A DNA stretch of 64,000 bases from Octopus sinensis (GCF_006345805.1 NC_043006.1:46314001-46378000), one strand, 5' to 3'. Positions 26,010 to 39,774 are shown, counted from the first letter of the stretch. The notes: generated from the letters alone by a model not told the origin. Numbers and translations are program-made.

Positions 26010-27437
26010 CAATACAATTTAAACAATGCATTTAGAAATCCTTCTTCCAGCTTTGCTTAGCCTATTGTACAACATACATTGTCCGAGTCTGTCTTCCGCT
26101 TTCAGTTTCTTTTGATATGTCTGTTTCAGTTTTATGATTCATAGCCAAGGTTTGTGTGTTGAAAAATCAGTTAGTCTTTCATATTACCTAATTCTGTAAC
26201 TATAGTTGAAAGTTTGAAACTTTGACTCACTGTTATAATAATTCTGCCTGAGAATCAATTTAAGAATACACACCAAGGGAATACTCGATAATTCAAATCT
26301 GTTGTTGAACGCCTATCGTTTGCTTTTCTGTATATCCGTACTTATGTAAATCTATTTAAACATATACATATATATAGATATTTCTCTCTATATATCTTTG
26401 TGTATGTGTGTGTGTCTGTTTGCATGAATATATATATAATTATATATATATATATATATATATAGATATATATATATATATATATATATAATAATATATA
26501 TATATGATATATATATATATGACTGTGTATATGTTCTGTGTGTATAAATGTATATATATATGTATGCATATATGTGTGTATTCAGGCAAACACACTCTGA
26601 CTCACATATAGCAAGCACATATATTTATACCTTTATACGTATGTATATATATGAACATCTATACGTATGTATATACGCATGCGTATACGTTTCCATATGT
26701 TTATGTATGTGGGTGGGTGTTTGATGTATAAATTTGTGCATGCGAGTATGGCGGCGTGTCTGTCTATATGTGACTGTTTAAATAATAAATGAAATCGTAT
26801 TAACAATATTTTTTAAAAACATTTCATCAATAAATATTGTGAAATCTGATATTTCAATCTGACAATGTTTCTACTGAATTTGTTTTCCGAATTAATTCCA
26901 ACGACTTTTTGATTTATGAGGAATGTGTGAAAATTAAATAATAACAGTTTTGAAAAAAAAAAAAATACTTTCATGTCTGTCTGTTTGTCTCTCAGCCTGT
27001 CTCCCTATGTCCAATCTTTAACTTCCTCTCTTATTCAGTCACTTACTCACTCTTTCACGAACTCACTCACGCGTATACATTCTCTCTCTCTCTCTCTCTC
27101 TCTCTCTTGATCGATATATCTATCAATCTGTGTGTATGCATACACAGACACAAACACGCACACACGTATATATGTATATGTGTTTATATATTTTTTGCAT
27201 GTATATTATACGGGCGTGTTTGTATACATACATACATTTACCCACACCCATATATACAAAAAATTAATATAAATTTGTATACATACAGACACACGCACGC
27301 GTACACACACACATACACATATATATTTATGTATATATATAAACAATAATAATAGTAATAATAATTTATGTATAAATATAAATAGATTATAAATTTATAT
27401 TATGCATATACGTGTGTATGTATATATGTGTATATAT

Positions 27438-27483
<46 letters not shown>

Positions 27484-27891
27484 ATGTATGTATATGCATA
27501 TATATGAGAAGTATTGATATACAGAAGAGCCAAGGTGGCACGTAACGCTATGTAAGTGCTATGGAAGGGCCGTTGTTAAAATCTCGGTTCGATAATGATA
27601 CGAGTAAGGAGTCTAATGTGGGTCTTGTATGAGCATGTCTATGTTAAATAATATGAGACAACAAAGCCAAAGCTCTGTGGAATTTTCAGGACATTTATAA
27701 AGAGAAATTTTCTGATAAAATAAATACTTGCTTTAAATAAGTACTAGAGAAAATTTATGTGACTGACATCTTGGGTCCGGTAGCCCAGCATATCACTACA
27801 ATCGAACGAAGTAAAAGTAAAATATAGTGTCCATTTCTAATATGCCTTTGGTCAACGAAAGAGAAAAAGACGATATCAGTTCACACATATC

Positions 27892-28100
27892 TATTTCTTT
27901 ATTGCCCACAAGGGGCTAAACATAGATGGGACGAACAAGTACAGACAAATGGATTAAGTCGATTACATAGACCCCAGTGCGTCACTGGTACTTAATTATC
28001 GACTCCGAAAGGATGAAAGGTAAAGTCGACCTCGGCGGAATTTGAACTCAGAACGCAGCATTTCACCCGGCGTGCTAACGTTTCTACCAAATCGCCGCCT
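27892..28100 (-). mobile_element. SINE family C (small internal deletion)
   Basis: Tail TATTTCTTTATTGCCCACAAGGGGC, core and head all present. Confidence 0.85.
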
Positions 28101-28900
28101 TTAGTTCACACATACCAGTGTTATATGATTATTATTGTCTGGCATTTGTGACCCACACTAACTGCACTTTATGCAACATTTTGCGCGCCAGACGGTTATC
28201 CTATAGCAGCGTTCATCAGCGGTTTACCAAGATTAAGCGTGACGCTATGATAGTAACAACAAAAATGATGGCGAAGATTTTAGGCAGCGCATGCCTCATG
28301 ATACAAGTTTGATAAGTGGAATTTTTTTATGATAACTTGTTACTTGTTACGATCAACATCATATAATTAGCAGAGACCTTTCTGAAATGACACCTCGAAT
28401 CTAAACAAAAGGATATGACACTTTGTATAATGAAGACCTTGAGCGCAGAACAAAATTTAGTTACGTGTGTCAGTATGTTTTTAAAAATCTTCTCCAAAAA
28501 TACATATAGAAATATATCTCGTATAACAATGTGGCAAAAGATCCTGTAGAAACAGTAGGAAGACTACATACATTACAGAAAACCTCATTACGATAATTAA
28601 ATAACGAAAGTGCGATCCAGATAGAAAATAGGAAAAAAAAATGTCAGCTGTTATCTTAGCGGTAATCGAGTGCTTGTGCACTCGTGTTCTCCATCTCACT
28701 TGTTCATTCATTTTTTCTATAATTCTTCCATTGTTTCATTATGTCTTGTTTTACTTCCCTTCTGTCTTTCAACCCGTAATGCATTCACGTACACATAGTA
28801 GAAGTGTGTGTGCATATGTGTGAGTGTATCCCCATATATAATATATATATAAATATATATATATGCATATATGTATATATGCATGTATGTATATATATAA

Positions 28901-28951
<51 letters not shown>

Positions 28952-29125
28952 GCTTGTATATATATATGTATATATATATATAAATATATACACATATGTG
29001 TATGCATTATATATATACACACACATACACACATATAGATAGATGAATGGATAGATAGATAGATAGATAGATAGATGTAGAACTTCACCTCAAAAGACAA
29101 AATTCTGAACCGCAAATTCAAACTA

Positions 29126-29161
<36 letters not shown>

Positions 29162-29164
<3 letters not shown>

Positions 29165-29718
29165 AAAATTTATAAGAAATTATCATTAGTTAGCGTGAAA
29201 AACCTCGTAAGAGAAAAAATCTGTAAATTTTTCCACTTTGAACATATTTATTTATATTATGTAGAGGGTATATATTCATAGGTTGCCGCACGCTAGGAGG
29301 GACTCTTGCAGTCAAAACTACTAAAATAAACAAATTGTACCGAATGCAAAACTTCAAAGCAAGTCATTTAAAAACAGAATTTAGTTACATATCACCTGTG
29401 ATTTCGCAATCAATGCAGATATGCATTCTATGCTCTTCAGTGCAACGAACTCAAGACATGTAAGGAATAAACACAATATAGCATACCCGACAGCCAACCG
29501 TAGAATCGTTCGTAGCATGTACGAATGTTTATCTTTACATATCTATGAAAATGGCGGGCTTATTCGCAATGCATTTCGGTACCAATTTGCCTATTCGGAA
29601 CAAAAATTCAGTATTGAACTATTCCGGTGAAAAATATAAATTTAAAATTAAGGATAAAATCTTTATAACAAATTATCAGTAGTTAGCGTGAAAAACGTTA
29701 GCGTGAATAATAGTACCC
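29162..29718 (-). mobile_element. Penelope-like pseudo-LTR fragment in (TA)n
   Basis: Flanked by (TA)n on both sides, ~42-bp imperfect direct repeat at 29162-29203 and 29653-29696, carries a hammerhead. Confidence 0.65.
29384..29446 (-). ncRNA. type I hammerhead ribozyme candidate, intact core
   Basis: GTTGCA-CTGAAGA-GCA..AATGCA-TATC-TGCATT..TGC-GAAA-TCAC-AG-GTGA-T-A-TGTAAC. Stems I (6 bp), II and III all pair, AUA triplet. Confidence 0.8.
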
Positions 29719-29719
29719 T

Positions 29720-29781
<62 letters not shown>

Positions 29782-30292
29782 CCAATTGTTCCCTACGAGT
29801 AGGAAATTTGGACAATGTAAGCAACAATTAGAACAAGACTCAGTATCAATCGCTGCTATACTAGAAATGCTATTTGAAAGGCGAAAGGCAAAGACACGTA
29901 GTGCCGAAAATTTACTTCAGAGAGTTGTCTTATTATGGCCATACCATGCCTCACAAGTCACTGCAAAAGACCATCTGAATAGAAATGTGGAAGGAAACTG
30001 AGCAAGAAGTCAGCAAAAGCATTTTCGGATTGACAACTTCAGAGATTGGATTGCAAACAACCCTACTAGATTGTATGCAGTACAACGCATGGGGGAACTA
30101 AAGTCTTTTCAAGGCATCACCTAGACAGGTAACACCTGGGTGATAGCTGATTATCTCTCTTTCACACACACTCGCTCTATCTCTCTCCCTCTGTCACTTT
30201 CTCTGTATATATTCGCCTATACTTGTGTATGGATTTTCATCTTGACCCGACCCGGTGTCTCACAATCTAAGTTTCTGATTCACCAGAATCCG

Positions 30293-30335
<43 letters not shown>

Positions 30336-30363
30336 ACACGCATACATATATATATATATATAT

Positions 30364-30443
30364 AAACTTACTTGGAGAAAAGAAAAGAAACGAAACGGCG
30401 CGATCGCGTCGTTTCGTTTCTTTCCTTTTCTCCAAGTAAGTTT
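30364..30443. repeat. 80-bp loopless palindrome
   Basis: AAACTTACTTGGAGAAAAG...CGCGA|TCGCG...CTTTTCTCCAAGTAAGTTT, 38/40 Watson-Crick pairs. Confidence 0.95.
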
Positions 30444-30699
30444 TTATATATAATTAAGACGCGAACTCTATAATCCTTTGCTTGACCTTTCCTTCCTTCC
30501 TGTCTGTCTTCCTCCTTTCATGTCCCTCTCCCTCTTATTTTTCACCCTTTCTGGTTTCCTTTCCGCTCTATCTCTCTCTCTCTCACTCCTCATCTCTCTC
30601 GCTGCCGAACTTCCTTTCACTGGCAGCTTTCTACAAGTCAACATGACTTTTTTTGCGCTCTGAATTTATCCATCGTCTAGGCTTAAAAAACAGCCCTTA

Positions 30700-31073
30700 A
30701 TGTTGGTTTCTTTGTCCTCTTTTTATTCTTTATGTGTACTGTTTTTTTGTATTTGTATTTTTATTTGTAATTATATTTTATTTGTATTGCTTTTACGTCC
30801 TGTTCTTGTCACATTTTTTCTTTCCTTGTTTTTACCCCTCTGCAAAGGAATTTTATTTGATTCCTCTGCAGGAAGGATTGGATCGAGGGGTCGTGTTCTG
30901 TCCTTACCTTCGAAACACGCATTGAGTCGATCCAGGGACAGCTGACGAAGGGGAATATTCCTTGTACTGTTTGTCTTTCACTCTGTTTTTTCGCTGTTAA
31001 AAAAGTCCGTTTCCTAGTTGTTTTTATGTTTTCGGTTCTCGTTGTGTTCTACGTTTATTTGTGGTGTCCTGTA

Positions 31074-31076
<3 letters not shown>
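30700..31076 (+). mobile_element. probable Penelope-like terminal-repeat fragment
   Basis: T-rich plus strand ending directly in (TA)n like the other HHR-bearing fragments. The left boundary is approximate. Confidence 0.45.
30879..30953 (+). ncRNA. hammerhead ribozyme candidate with non-circularly permuted strand order
   Basis: Substrate strand CGTG-T-T-CTGTCC (30892-30903) pairs with ACACG after GAA (30915-30919) and with GGACAG (30936-30941) before CTGACGA (30942-30948). Weak stem II GGGG/CTTC. Extra helix TGGATCGA/TCGATCCA. Confidence 0.7.
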
Positions 31077-31139
<63 letters not shown>

Positions 31140-31205
31140 CATGTATATATACATGTAGATGTAGGTACGTACATATATGTATGTATGCAATATTATATTG
31201 TTTAC

Positions 31206-31242
<37 letters not shown>

Positions 31243-31369
31243 CCGGTGAAATGAAGCAAATAAAATGGAGAGTAAGATTTCTTATCAGAAATTAAGAAGT
31301 GAAAATGACCAATTTGTTAATAATAGATAATTGTTAACTTCCCACTCGCCATTTTTTTCTTTTTTGTAT

Positions 31370-31370
31370 G

Positions 31371-31404
<34 letters not shown>

Positions 31405-31745
31405 TGTATGTATGTATGTATGTATGTAGGTAGGTAGGTAGGTAGGTATGCATGTATATATGTATGTATGTATGTATGTATGAATGTATGTATGTATGTA
31501 TTTATGTATGTATATATCTATGTATGTACATATGCATGTATGTTAGTATGCCTGTATATATGTATGTATGAATTTATATATGTATATATGTAGTATCTAT
31601 CTATGTGTTTATCTACCTACCTATCTATCTATATATCTATCCATCCATCCCTCCATCCACCCACCCGCCCACCTACTAACCTACCTACCTACCTACCTAC
31701 CTACCTACCTACCTACCTACCTACCTACATATGTATGTATGTATA
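31370..31745. repeat. (TATG)n/(TAGG)n/(TACC)n compound tetranucleotide tract
   Basis: Seen directly. Confidence 0.9.
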
Positions 31746-32561
31746 TATATATGTATATATCCATCTATCTATTTAATTATCTTTATGTATGTATATGTAC
31801 ATATTTATTACGTATGCATTAAGACTTTCGGGTCCGATACAGATCAAAATTTAATTAGGACCAAAACATTGCAGTCGAGATGATTATTAAGAGTATATAA
31901 TTTCGGAAATAATTAATATGCACCAGAGTCATTATTACTTCCTATTTTCTGAAGATTCTCCTACAGGAAGGAAAATATTTGGCCAAGGGAAATAATTGTG
32001 TATATAATGCTATTTGTTTTGCAAAAATATATTCCACGAATCTTCGTTATCATTAATTGACTAACGTGTTGATATATTTTCTACAATGAACGCTAACTAT
32101 TGCTGAAATAAATGACAAAATATGAAATAAAATAGAAAATAAGCAAACATCCTACAGAGATATCATAAAAACTATGTTGCCATTAACGAAAGGAAACAGA
32201 TGATACTCGTTTAGAAGTTAAATTGCTGATAGAAAATTTTTGAAAATAACATGTTACAATTTAAATTGCGCCTAAATATTGTATTTGAGAAGGAAAATAA
32301 TAGGTTATATTGGTGAAATAATTGGGCTTCTATTAAAACAGGCATTCATACATTAACACGCATAGACGAACGCACGCACACACACGCAGGCATATATGTA
32401 TTTAAAAACACACATATATATGTGCATATACGTGCAGAAATATATATGCATACATACACATATGCATATGTGTGAGTTTATATATATTAACACATAGATA
32501 TATACGTACGCGTATACAAAAACATGCACACACACATGTATGTATGTATATTACATACATA

Positions 32562-32632
<71 letters not shown>

Positions 32633-32809
32633 AATGGCAATAAGTTGTTTATAGTTTTAACCCTTAAAGATATTTTATTATGCTGCCACTTTTGATGAAT
32701 TTTTTCCTGAAAAATATTTTATCCTATATTAGAAGTATATGTATATATATATACTGTTATAATTATATATATATATATATATAATATATATATATATAAT
32801 ATATAATAT

Positions 32810-33020
32810 ATTATATGTAGTTAATCCAAACATGAAAACACAAAGAGAAAGCACAACAACGCGAGGACGTGGAACAAATATAGTATTATTGGACGCTCAG
32901 GAAAGAAGGAAAGGGTTTAACGTTTCGAGCGGAGCTCTCCGTCGGAAACATAGGAGAAGGAAAGATCCAGAGAAGGGAAAGCAGAGAAAAAAAATCGCCA
33001 ACGGTACCACGCGGGCACAT
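32810..33020 (-). mobile_element. Penelope-like terminal-repeat fragment with hammerhead-like motif (32915-32949)
   Basis: Minus strand GTTT-CCGACGG-A-GAGC-TCC-GCTC-GAAA-CGTT-AAAC. Downstream TTCCTGAGCG...AATAC block shared with the 9021 family, flanked by (TA)n. Confidence 0.65.
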
Positions 33021-33022
33021 AT

Positions 33023-33082
<60 letters not shown>

Positions 33083-33180
33083 CAGAAAGAGAGAGAGAAG
33101 AGAGAGAGGAGAGAGAGATACGTACACGATACACAAACACGCACCACACATGTGTATATATGTAAATATATGTGTGGGTG

Positions 33181-33213
<33 letters not shown>

Positions 33214-33486
33214 CTATAATTAGATAGGTAGATAGATATATAGATAAACAGTTACATCTAGAGAATGTACATTCATATACTGAATGTTACATATATACAC
33301 TCTCAAATAATAACACACAAACTATAGCACACGTGTATGGAAAGGCATATACGCACAAACCTCATCTTAAATGCCAGTTTGTTAAAGACATCCTATAATA
33401 TAGGTCGAAATTTAGATGGACCCCATAGTGGTGAAAAAAATGTGACTAAAGCATCAAATTAAAATACAACTTTCTTACTCATATAT

Positions 33487-33549
<63 letters not shown>

Positions 33550-33560
33550 ATATATATAGA

Positions 33561-33970
33561 GGCGTAGAAGAGGCTGTGTGGTAAGCTAGTCGTTACCAAC
33601 CACATGGTTCCGGGTACAGCCCCACTGCGTGGTAACTTGGGCAAGTGTCTTCTAATATAGACTCGGGTCGACCAAAGACTTGTGAGTGGATTTGGTAGAC
33701 GTAAACTGAAAGAAGCCCGTCGAATATATGTATATATATATATATGTATGTGTGTATATGTTTGTGTGTCTGTATTTGTCCCCGCAACATCGCTTGCTAA
33801 CCGATACTGGTGTGATTACGTCGCCGTAACTTAGCGTTTCGGCAAAAGAGACCGACAGAATAAGTACTAGGCTTACAAAGAATAAGTCCTGCAGTCGACT
33901 AAAAGCGGTGCTGCAGCATGGCCACAGTCAAATAAGTGAAACAAGTAAAAGAGTAGAAGAGTAAAAGAGT
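33561..33970 (+). mobile_element. SINE family A
   Basis: Full match to 873-1361. Confidence 0.9.
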
Positions 33971-34093
33971 TTATATATATGTTACCTCTAGATATCCTTG
34001 TTCCTAATTTTAATTTTAATAACCTTACTTTGAAATTGTATGTGCTAATACCGACTGAATTCTGGTGCCTCACCTAAGTACCATATTCATCTG

Positions 34094-34139
<46 letters not shown>

Positions 34140-34497
34140 ATCTATCTATCTATCTATGTATACATATATATATGTATTTTTTCAGTTATCTCTGTTAATC
34201 TGCAAGTAGGTGTTCATGGTGTTTATATAGCTACTAGTGGAAAGGCGGGGAATTGGCACAAACTTCGACAATTAGCGCTAAACAAACGTTTAACAGGATT
34301 TGTTCATATTACTTAATGTTCTGAAAGGAAATTCAAACTTGCCCTTCTTCCTTTCGGTGCCTATAAAGTAAGTATCACTCGAGCATCAGAGTTGATTTCA
34401 TTGACTAGAGACTCTCTCCCAAATTCGAGGAATTGTACTTAAAAGAAGAGGAATTATGACTAATATTTATTTCCTGCCAATGTTCCTTAGAAAGCAG

Positions 34498-34920
34498 GGC
34501 GGCGAGCTGGCAGAAACGTTAGCACGCCGCGTGAAATGTTTAGCGGTATTTCGTCTGCCGTTACGTTCTGAGTTCAAATTTCACTAAGGTCGACTTTAAT
34601 TTTCATCCTTCCGGGGTCGATTAAATAAGTACCAGTTACGCACTGGGTCGATCTAATCGACTTTATCCCTTTGTCAGGCCTTGTTTGTTCCCTGTATGTT
34701 TAGTCCTCTATTGACAATAACCAAATAAATATTCTTTATAAAGCAGTGAGTTGGCAGAATTGTGAGCAATTCGGGCGAAAAGCTTAGCATCAATGCATCG
34801 GTCTTCTTCATCGGTTCTGAGTTCAAAGACCACCGTGGTCGACTTTTCCTTTTATCATCTCAGGGTCAATAAAATAACTACAGCTGAGTACTGGGATCGA
34901 TGCAGCCCCACTAACCCCTC
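34498..34920 (+). mobile_element. two SINE family C copies in tandem
   Basis: GGCGGCGAGCTGGCAGAAACGTTAGCACGCC head at 34498, second degenerate head at ~34742. Confidence 0.85.
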
Positions 34921-35984
34921 TACATAACTTTTATTATTCTGCTGTTAATTTTATTGTTTACTTGTCTCTGTCACAGAATTGTAGCCAAACTAGAGAAACC
35001 CAGAATGGTTTAATCGAACAAATAGAACCCTGTCCTTATTTAAAAGCCTTGTCCTTATTCTATCAGTCACTTTTGTCAGCATGCTAAGTTACAATGATGT
35101 GAACATAATAACATTAGTCGTGAAATCCTGGTGGGGACACGCACCAGCACAAAAGTTGTTATACATATATACATACAAACACAAATATATATATATTATA
35201 TATATATATTATATATATAATATTACATACATACATACATATATCATACATATATATATATCCTATATACATATATAACATATATATATCTATAAACACC
35301 GTGCAGTTACAAGTGCCCAAGAGCTCAAACATGAGGGCAATCCAATCTCAATTCATGTTTTATCCCATGGCACAAACCTAACCAAATGGTAAAAAAGTAC
35401 TCTGATAATCGTATAATATACACATAGAGGAATTTAACCACATCTGTATACACGCATAGAGATATCAGGCTCTGTGGGTGTGTGAGTGCGTGTGTGCACA
35501 TGCGCCTATGAGGTTTTGCAAAAATTATTCAGACAGAAAATATCATACGTGCATGGGGTGTATGTGGATGTGTACGTGTGTGCTGCCTGCGCGCGCGCGT
35601 GTTAAAAATGAGTGGCCGGCATGATGTGAAGGTTTACAATATTTATTGTTTTTATTAGGGAGACTCGCTAATGGGAAGTAGGCATATACATACACAAAGA
35701 GAATAACAAGCATAATAGTATTGCCCCGATGCAACCATTGCGTCGTATATGAGTGTGTATGTATGTGTATGCATATATACAAGTAAGTGTTTGTGTGTTT
35801 GTGTGTTTGTATGTATCTACCTATATATGTGTGTGTTTATACACACATATACACAATCACTCTCTCTCTCTTTCTCTCTCCTCTCTCTATATATATCTGT
35901 GTGTGTGTATGTATGGATGTATGTATGTATGTATGCACGTATATATATATATATTATATATATATATATAGATAGATATAGATA

Positions 35985-36030
35985 TACAGGGGTGGGACAA
36001 AATAATGAAACACCTAGCATCATAGCATCA

Positions 36031-36033
<3 letters not shown>
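35985..36033 (+). mobile_element. Tc1-like terminal fragment
   Basis: TA-CAGGGGTGGGACAAAATAATGAAACACCT stranded between (TA)n tracts, no partner TIR. Confidence 0.45.
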
Positions 36034-36073
<40 letters not shown>

Positions 36074-36105
36074 TATAATATATATATATATACATACATA
36101 CATAT

Positions 36106-36175
<70 letters not shown>

Positions 36176-36198
36176 TACACATATATGTGTATAGCTCG

Positions 36199-36375
36199 AA
36201 AACCTTTTTTATATTCACTTTCTATTTATTTTCTCGTGTTCCTTTCTGTTGAAGAACGTAGACTCGAAACGTAATATACTTCTCTCCTACCTTCCTGAGC
36301 GTTAAACTAATACATCTGCTTGTTGTTTATGCATCTGTCTTCGTCCTTTGTTTTATGAAAATTCCAGCTACTATA
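36199..36375 (+). mobile_element. diverged copy of the 9021/60388 PLE-like family
   Basis: CCTTT-CTGTTGA-A-GAAC-GTAG-ACTC-GAAA-CGTA and TTCCTGAGCG...CTAATAC blocks. Confidence 0.6.
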
Positions 36376-36446
36376 CATATATATTCATTGTTAGATAGAT
36401 AGATGTATATATACACGCACGTACAAACACATATGCATATATATAT

Positions 36447-36503
<57 letters not shown>

Positions 36504-37057
36504 ATAGGTTTTGGGCATGTGTATTTTGTGAGTGTATGTAAATGAATCGGTGAAGCGCAATCAAAAATATTTCTTCACTCATTGAATTTTTGTCGTACAG
36601 AGCAGAAATAATAACTATTCCAGTTTTTGCCGGAATCTCAGTAAAATCAAAAAAAAAAAAAAAAAATCATATAAGCCAAAGCCGCTTTTATTTCATGCCC
36701 TATCTATTTCTACACAAGGGGTTCATTGTAATCGTAAGAGATTAAGCTGATAACAATACACATAAATTGTCGTTTTATGTGTTCGTTGCCTTCTAAAATA
36801 TTTATTTCCTCCATCACCCCATGCTACAGTTTTCTAAATGAAGATGATGTCAATTTGTTTTCTTCCTTTCTTTCCATTGTCCTCCTTATTTGTTACCACG
36901 ATATTTTTTTTAGATTTTAACTCCTGCGTTTCTTTTGTGTATTTCTACGAAAGAATCCAACTTTATTTCAATGTTAACGAACCATGTAAATGTCAAAGAC
37001 TTGTACAGCGTCATAAAAATCATGTCCGCCAGTCTGTATGTGTGTATGAGTGTAATG

Positions 37058-37098
<41 letters not shown>

Positions 37099-37357
37099 AT
37101 ACATATGTGCGTATGTGTGCGTGTGTGTGTATATATATACACACATATGGGTATAGTGTATAATATATATATGTATATATAATGTATGTACATAACTATG
37201 GGTAAGATTATATGTGAATATATAAGATTCTATTTGTACGTCTATATATATCTATATATATATATTATATATCTTCTATGTATTTTTGTATATAAATATA
37301 TATAATATATATAAATATGTATATATGTAATATATATATATATATATGTATGTATAA

Positions 37358-37419
<62 letters not shown>

Positions 37420-38165
37420 GTATGTATATATATATATGTGTATACTTGCTTATATACAAGTATTCACAGGCAGGTAGGAATGCGAAATCACACAAGCGCA
37501 AAGATGAGCGCGCGTACACACACACACACACACACACACAGAGGCACATACATTCATGCACTCTTCTTTTCGCCCTTTTAATAGTTCCACCCCAAGGGCT
37601 GTGACTACGTTGGGGCATCGCCATATACGTATGTACATTCAATTACGTATATAATTAAAAAGATGGATAGCGTACGGCTATCCACATTTTAACTGCAGCG
37701 GAAAACATAACACAGCAACAACAATAATAATAAAGCTAATGACAATAGTAACAATGACGGTGACTTCTGCATTTAGTGATGGTGGCGGAGGCGGTGAAGA
37801 CGACGCAGAAGTTTGTGATGAAGATCATAATGATGATGATGGTGATGGTATGAAGAAGATTTCGAATTGCACACACACACACACACGTTCACACACACAC
37901 ACACACACACACATACAGGCACATGCACGCACATGTACACACGCTCATCCCTACAAATTTAGATGACATTGCATGTTTCTCTATTCTCCACGTATTCATG
38001 TATAACCAAATCCAAACTAATTCTACATGTAACTCTTCACCACTGCGTATGTGAATTTTATACGCTAATATACTTCTTCGTGCAACGCATGTGCATATAT
38101 ATATATATATTATGTCCATGTCTAAATGAACATACGTGTATATCTTACGCTGTGTGTATGTATAA

Positions 38166-38220
<55 letters not shown>

Positions 38221-39481
38221 ATATATATATATATACACATAATATATATATGCATATAATACACATATATATATGCATATATTATATATACATATATATA
38301 TATGTATATGTGATCTGAGCGAAAATCGTTTTTAGCATCATCCTGAAGAGAGTGTAAAGGAATATAATAAAATAAATTGCAAGAATATTCCAACAAAGGC
38401 ATTCCAATATCATTGTATTTTTGCTATGCTTATTTTGTAGTTATTTTTGCTTCCATTGATTTTCCTCTATTTTTTTTTCTTTTTTTTTTTCTTCTTCCTG
38501 GTTTATTTTCTTCTTCGAATGTTAGCTGTTTATCTAAATCGTTTGTTGAATATTTATTGCCGATTGTCCGGCTATTTAAATTTTGTGAGAAGAATCTTTG
38601 ATGCTCTAATGCCTCAAGGCTATTTTGCTACATTACAGCGGTATTCATAAGTGGATAATCCTCTCTGTCTTTTGACTTTTCCTTCTGTAATAATCTAAGT
38701 TCCCACCAACCTCTCCCAGCGGTCTTCCACTGTCTGACGCTCTCTATCTGTCTATCTATCTATCTGTCTCTGCATCTCTATATCCCTTTGTATGGTGACT
38801 TGTTTCTTTGACTCGAAAATCTACCGAAAGAAATCATATGGTTTGAATAAGTTTCTTCATTGCTTCGGGAGTTTTAGTGTCTATTGATCGTCCAGTGAAA
38901 AATCAAGAGGTTTTTTCCCTATGTAGTCGTAGTAAAAAGAAAAAGAAAAAAAGACTGCGAAAGGATAACACGTGCTCAGGGCACGGAATGGTAACAATGC
39001 AAGTGAAATGCAATCCCAGGTGACTTCAGAGTATTAATTTCTCGCCTACAGCTTAACTTAGGCGTATATTATACACAAAAAGGCGGGCGGAAGCGTACTT
39101 AGACGCAAACGTTAGTACATATGTTAATACATATGCTGACAAAATTAACACAGAGAATACTAGAAAGTAAAGAAAAGAAAAGAAAAGAAAAGAAAAGCTT
39201 TGCGTATGTATATGTATTTGAAAGCGAATGTGAAATAAGAAAAGTTCTTTCGCTCTTAAAAAGACTTCAAACTCAATCAGATCTACAGATGATAGCGATG
39301 TAATGTGAGATCCCGCGTTATTTCTAGTTCTGTAACATACTTGATATAAATATAAAATTGCGCATTGTTTCAGTAAACAACAAAACGAATGAAATTAGCC
39401 CATATTCGTATATACATTATATATATAATATATATTATATATATATATATTGTATATTATATAGATATATATATATATATA

Positions 39482-39529
<48 letters not shown>

Positions 39530-39774
39530 TATACATGAGAACAGGAAATTCTTTACGGAGTATGGCGGAATGCCGTGGTTGTTTTGTAGGTCCAGCAACT
39601 AAATCTTTTTTTTCTTTTCTTTTGTTTAGACTGAATCTGCTATTTTGTTGTACATTCAGATTAGAAACAAAGTTTCCCAATAACAATTAATATTCCTTTC
39701 TCCTATAAACACATAGCCTGACTAGGTATTTAGTCTTGCAATGTGAAAGCGAAATATTAAAAATATATATTATA

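Noticed and set aside
30879-30960. HDV-like ribozyme reading of the same segment
   Set aside because: The P3/L3 and P1.1 geometry do not fit and there is no P4-J4/2-P2 order. The hammerhead core elements fit much better.
31941-31985. CTGAAGA...GAAA spacing suggestive of a hammerhead
   Set aside because: Stem I cannot form and stem II is poor, so likely chance.
39061-39100. GC box and CGGAAG motif suggesting a promoter
   Set aside because: Short motifs alone, with no downstream gene identifiable.
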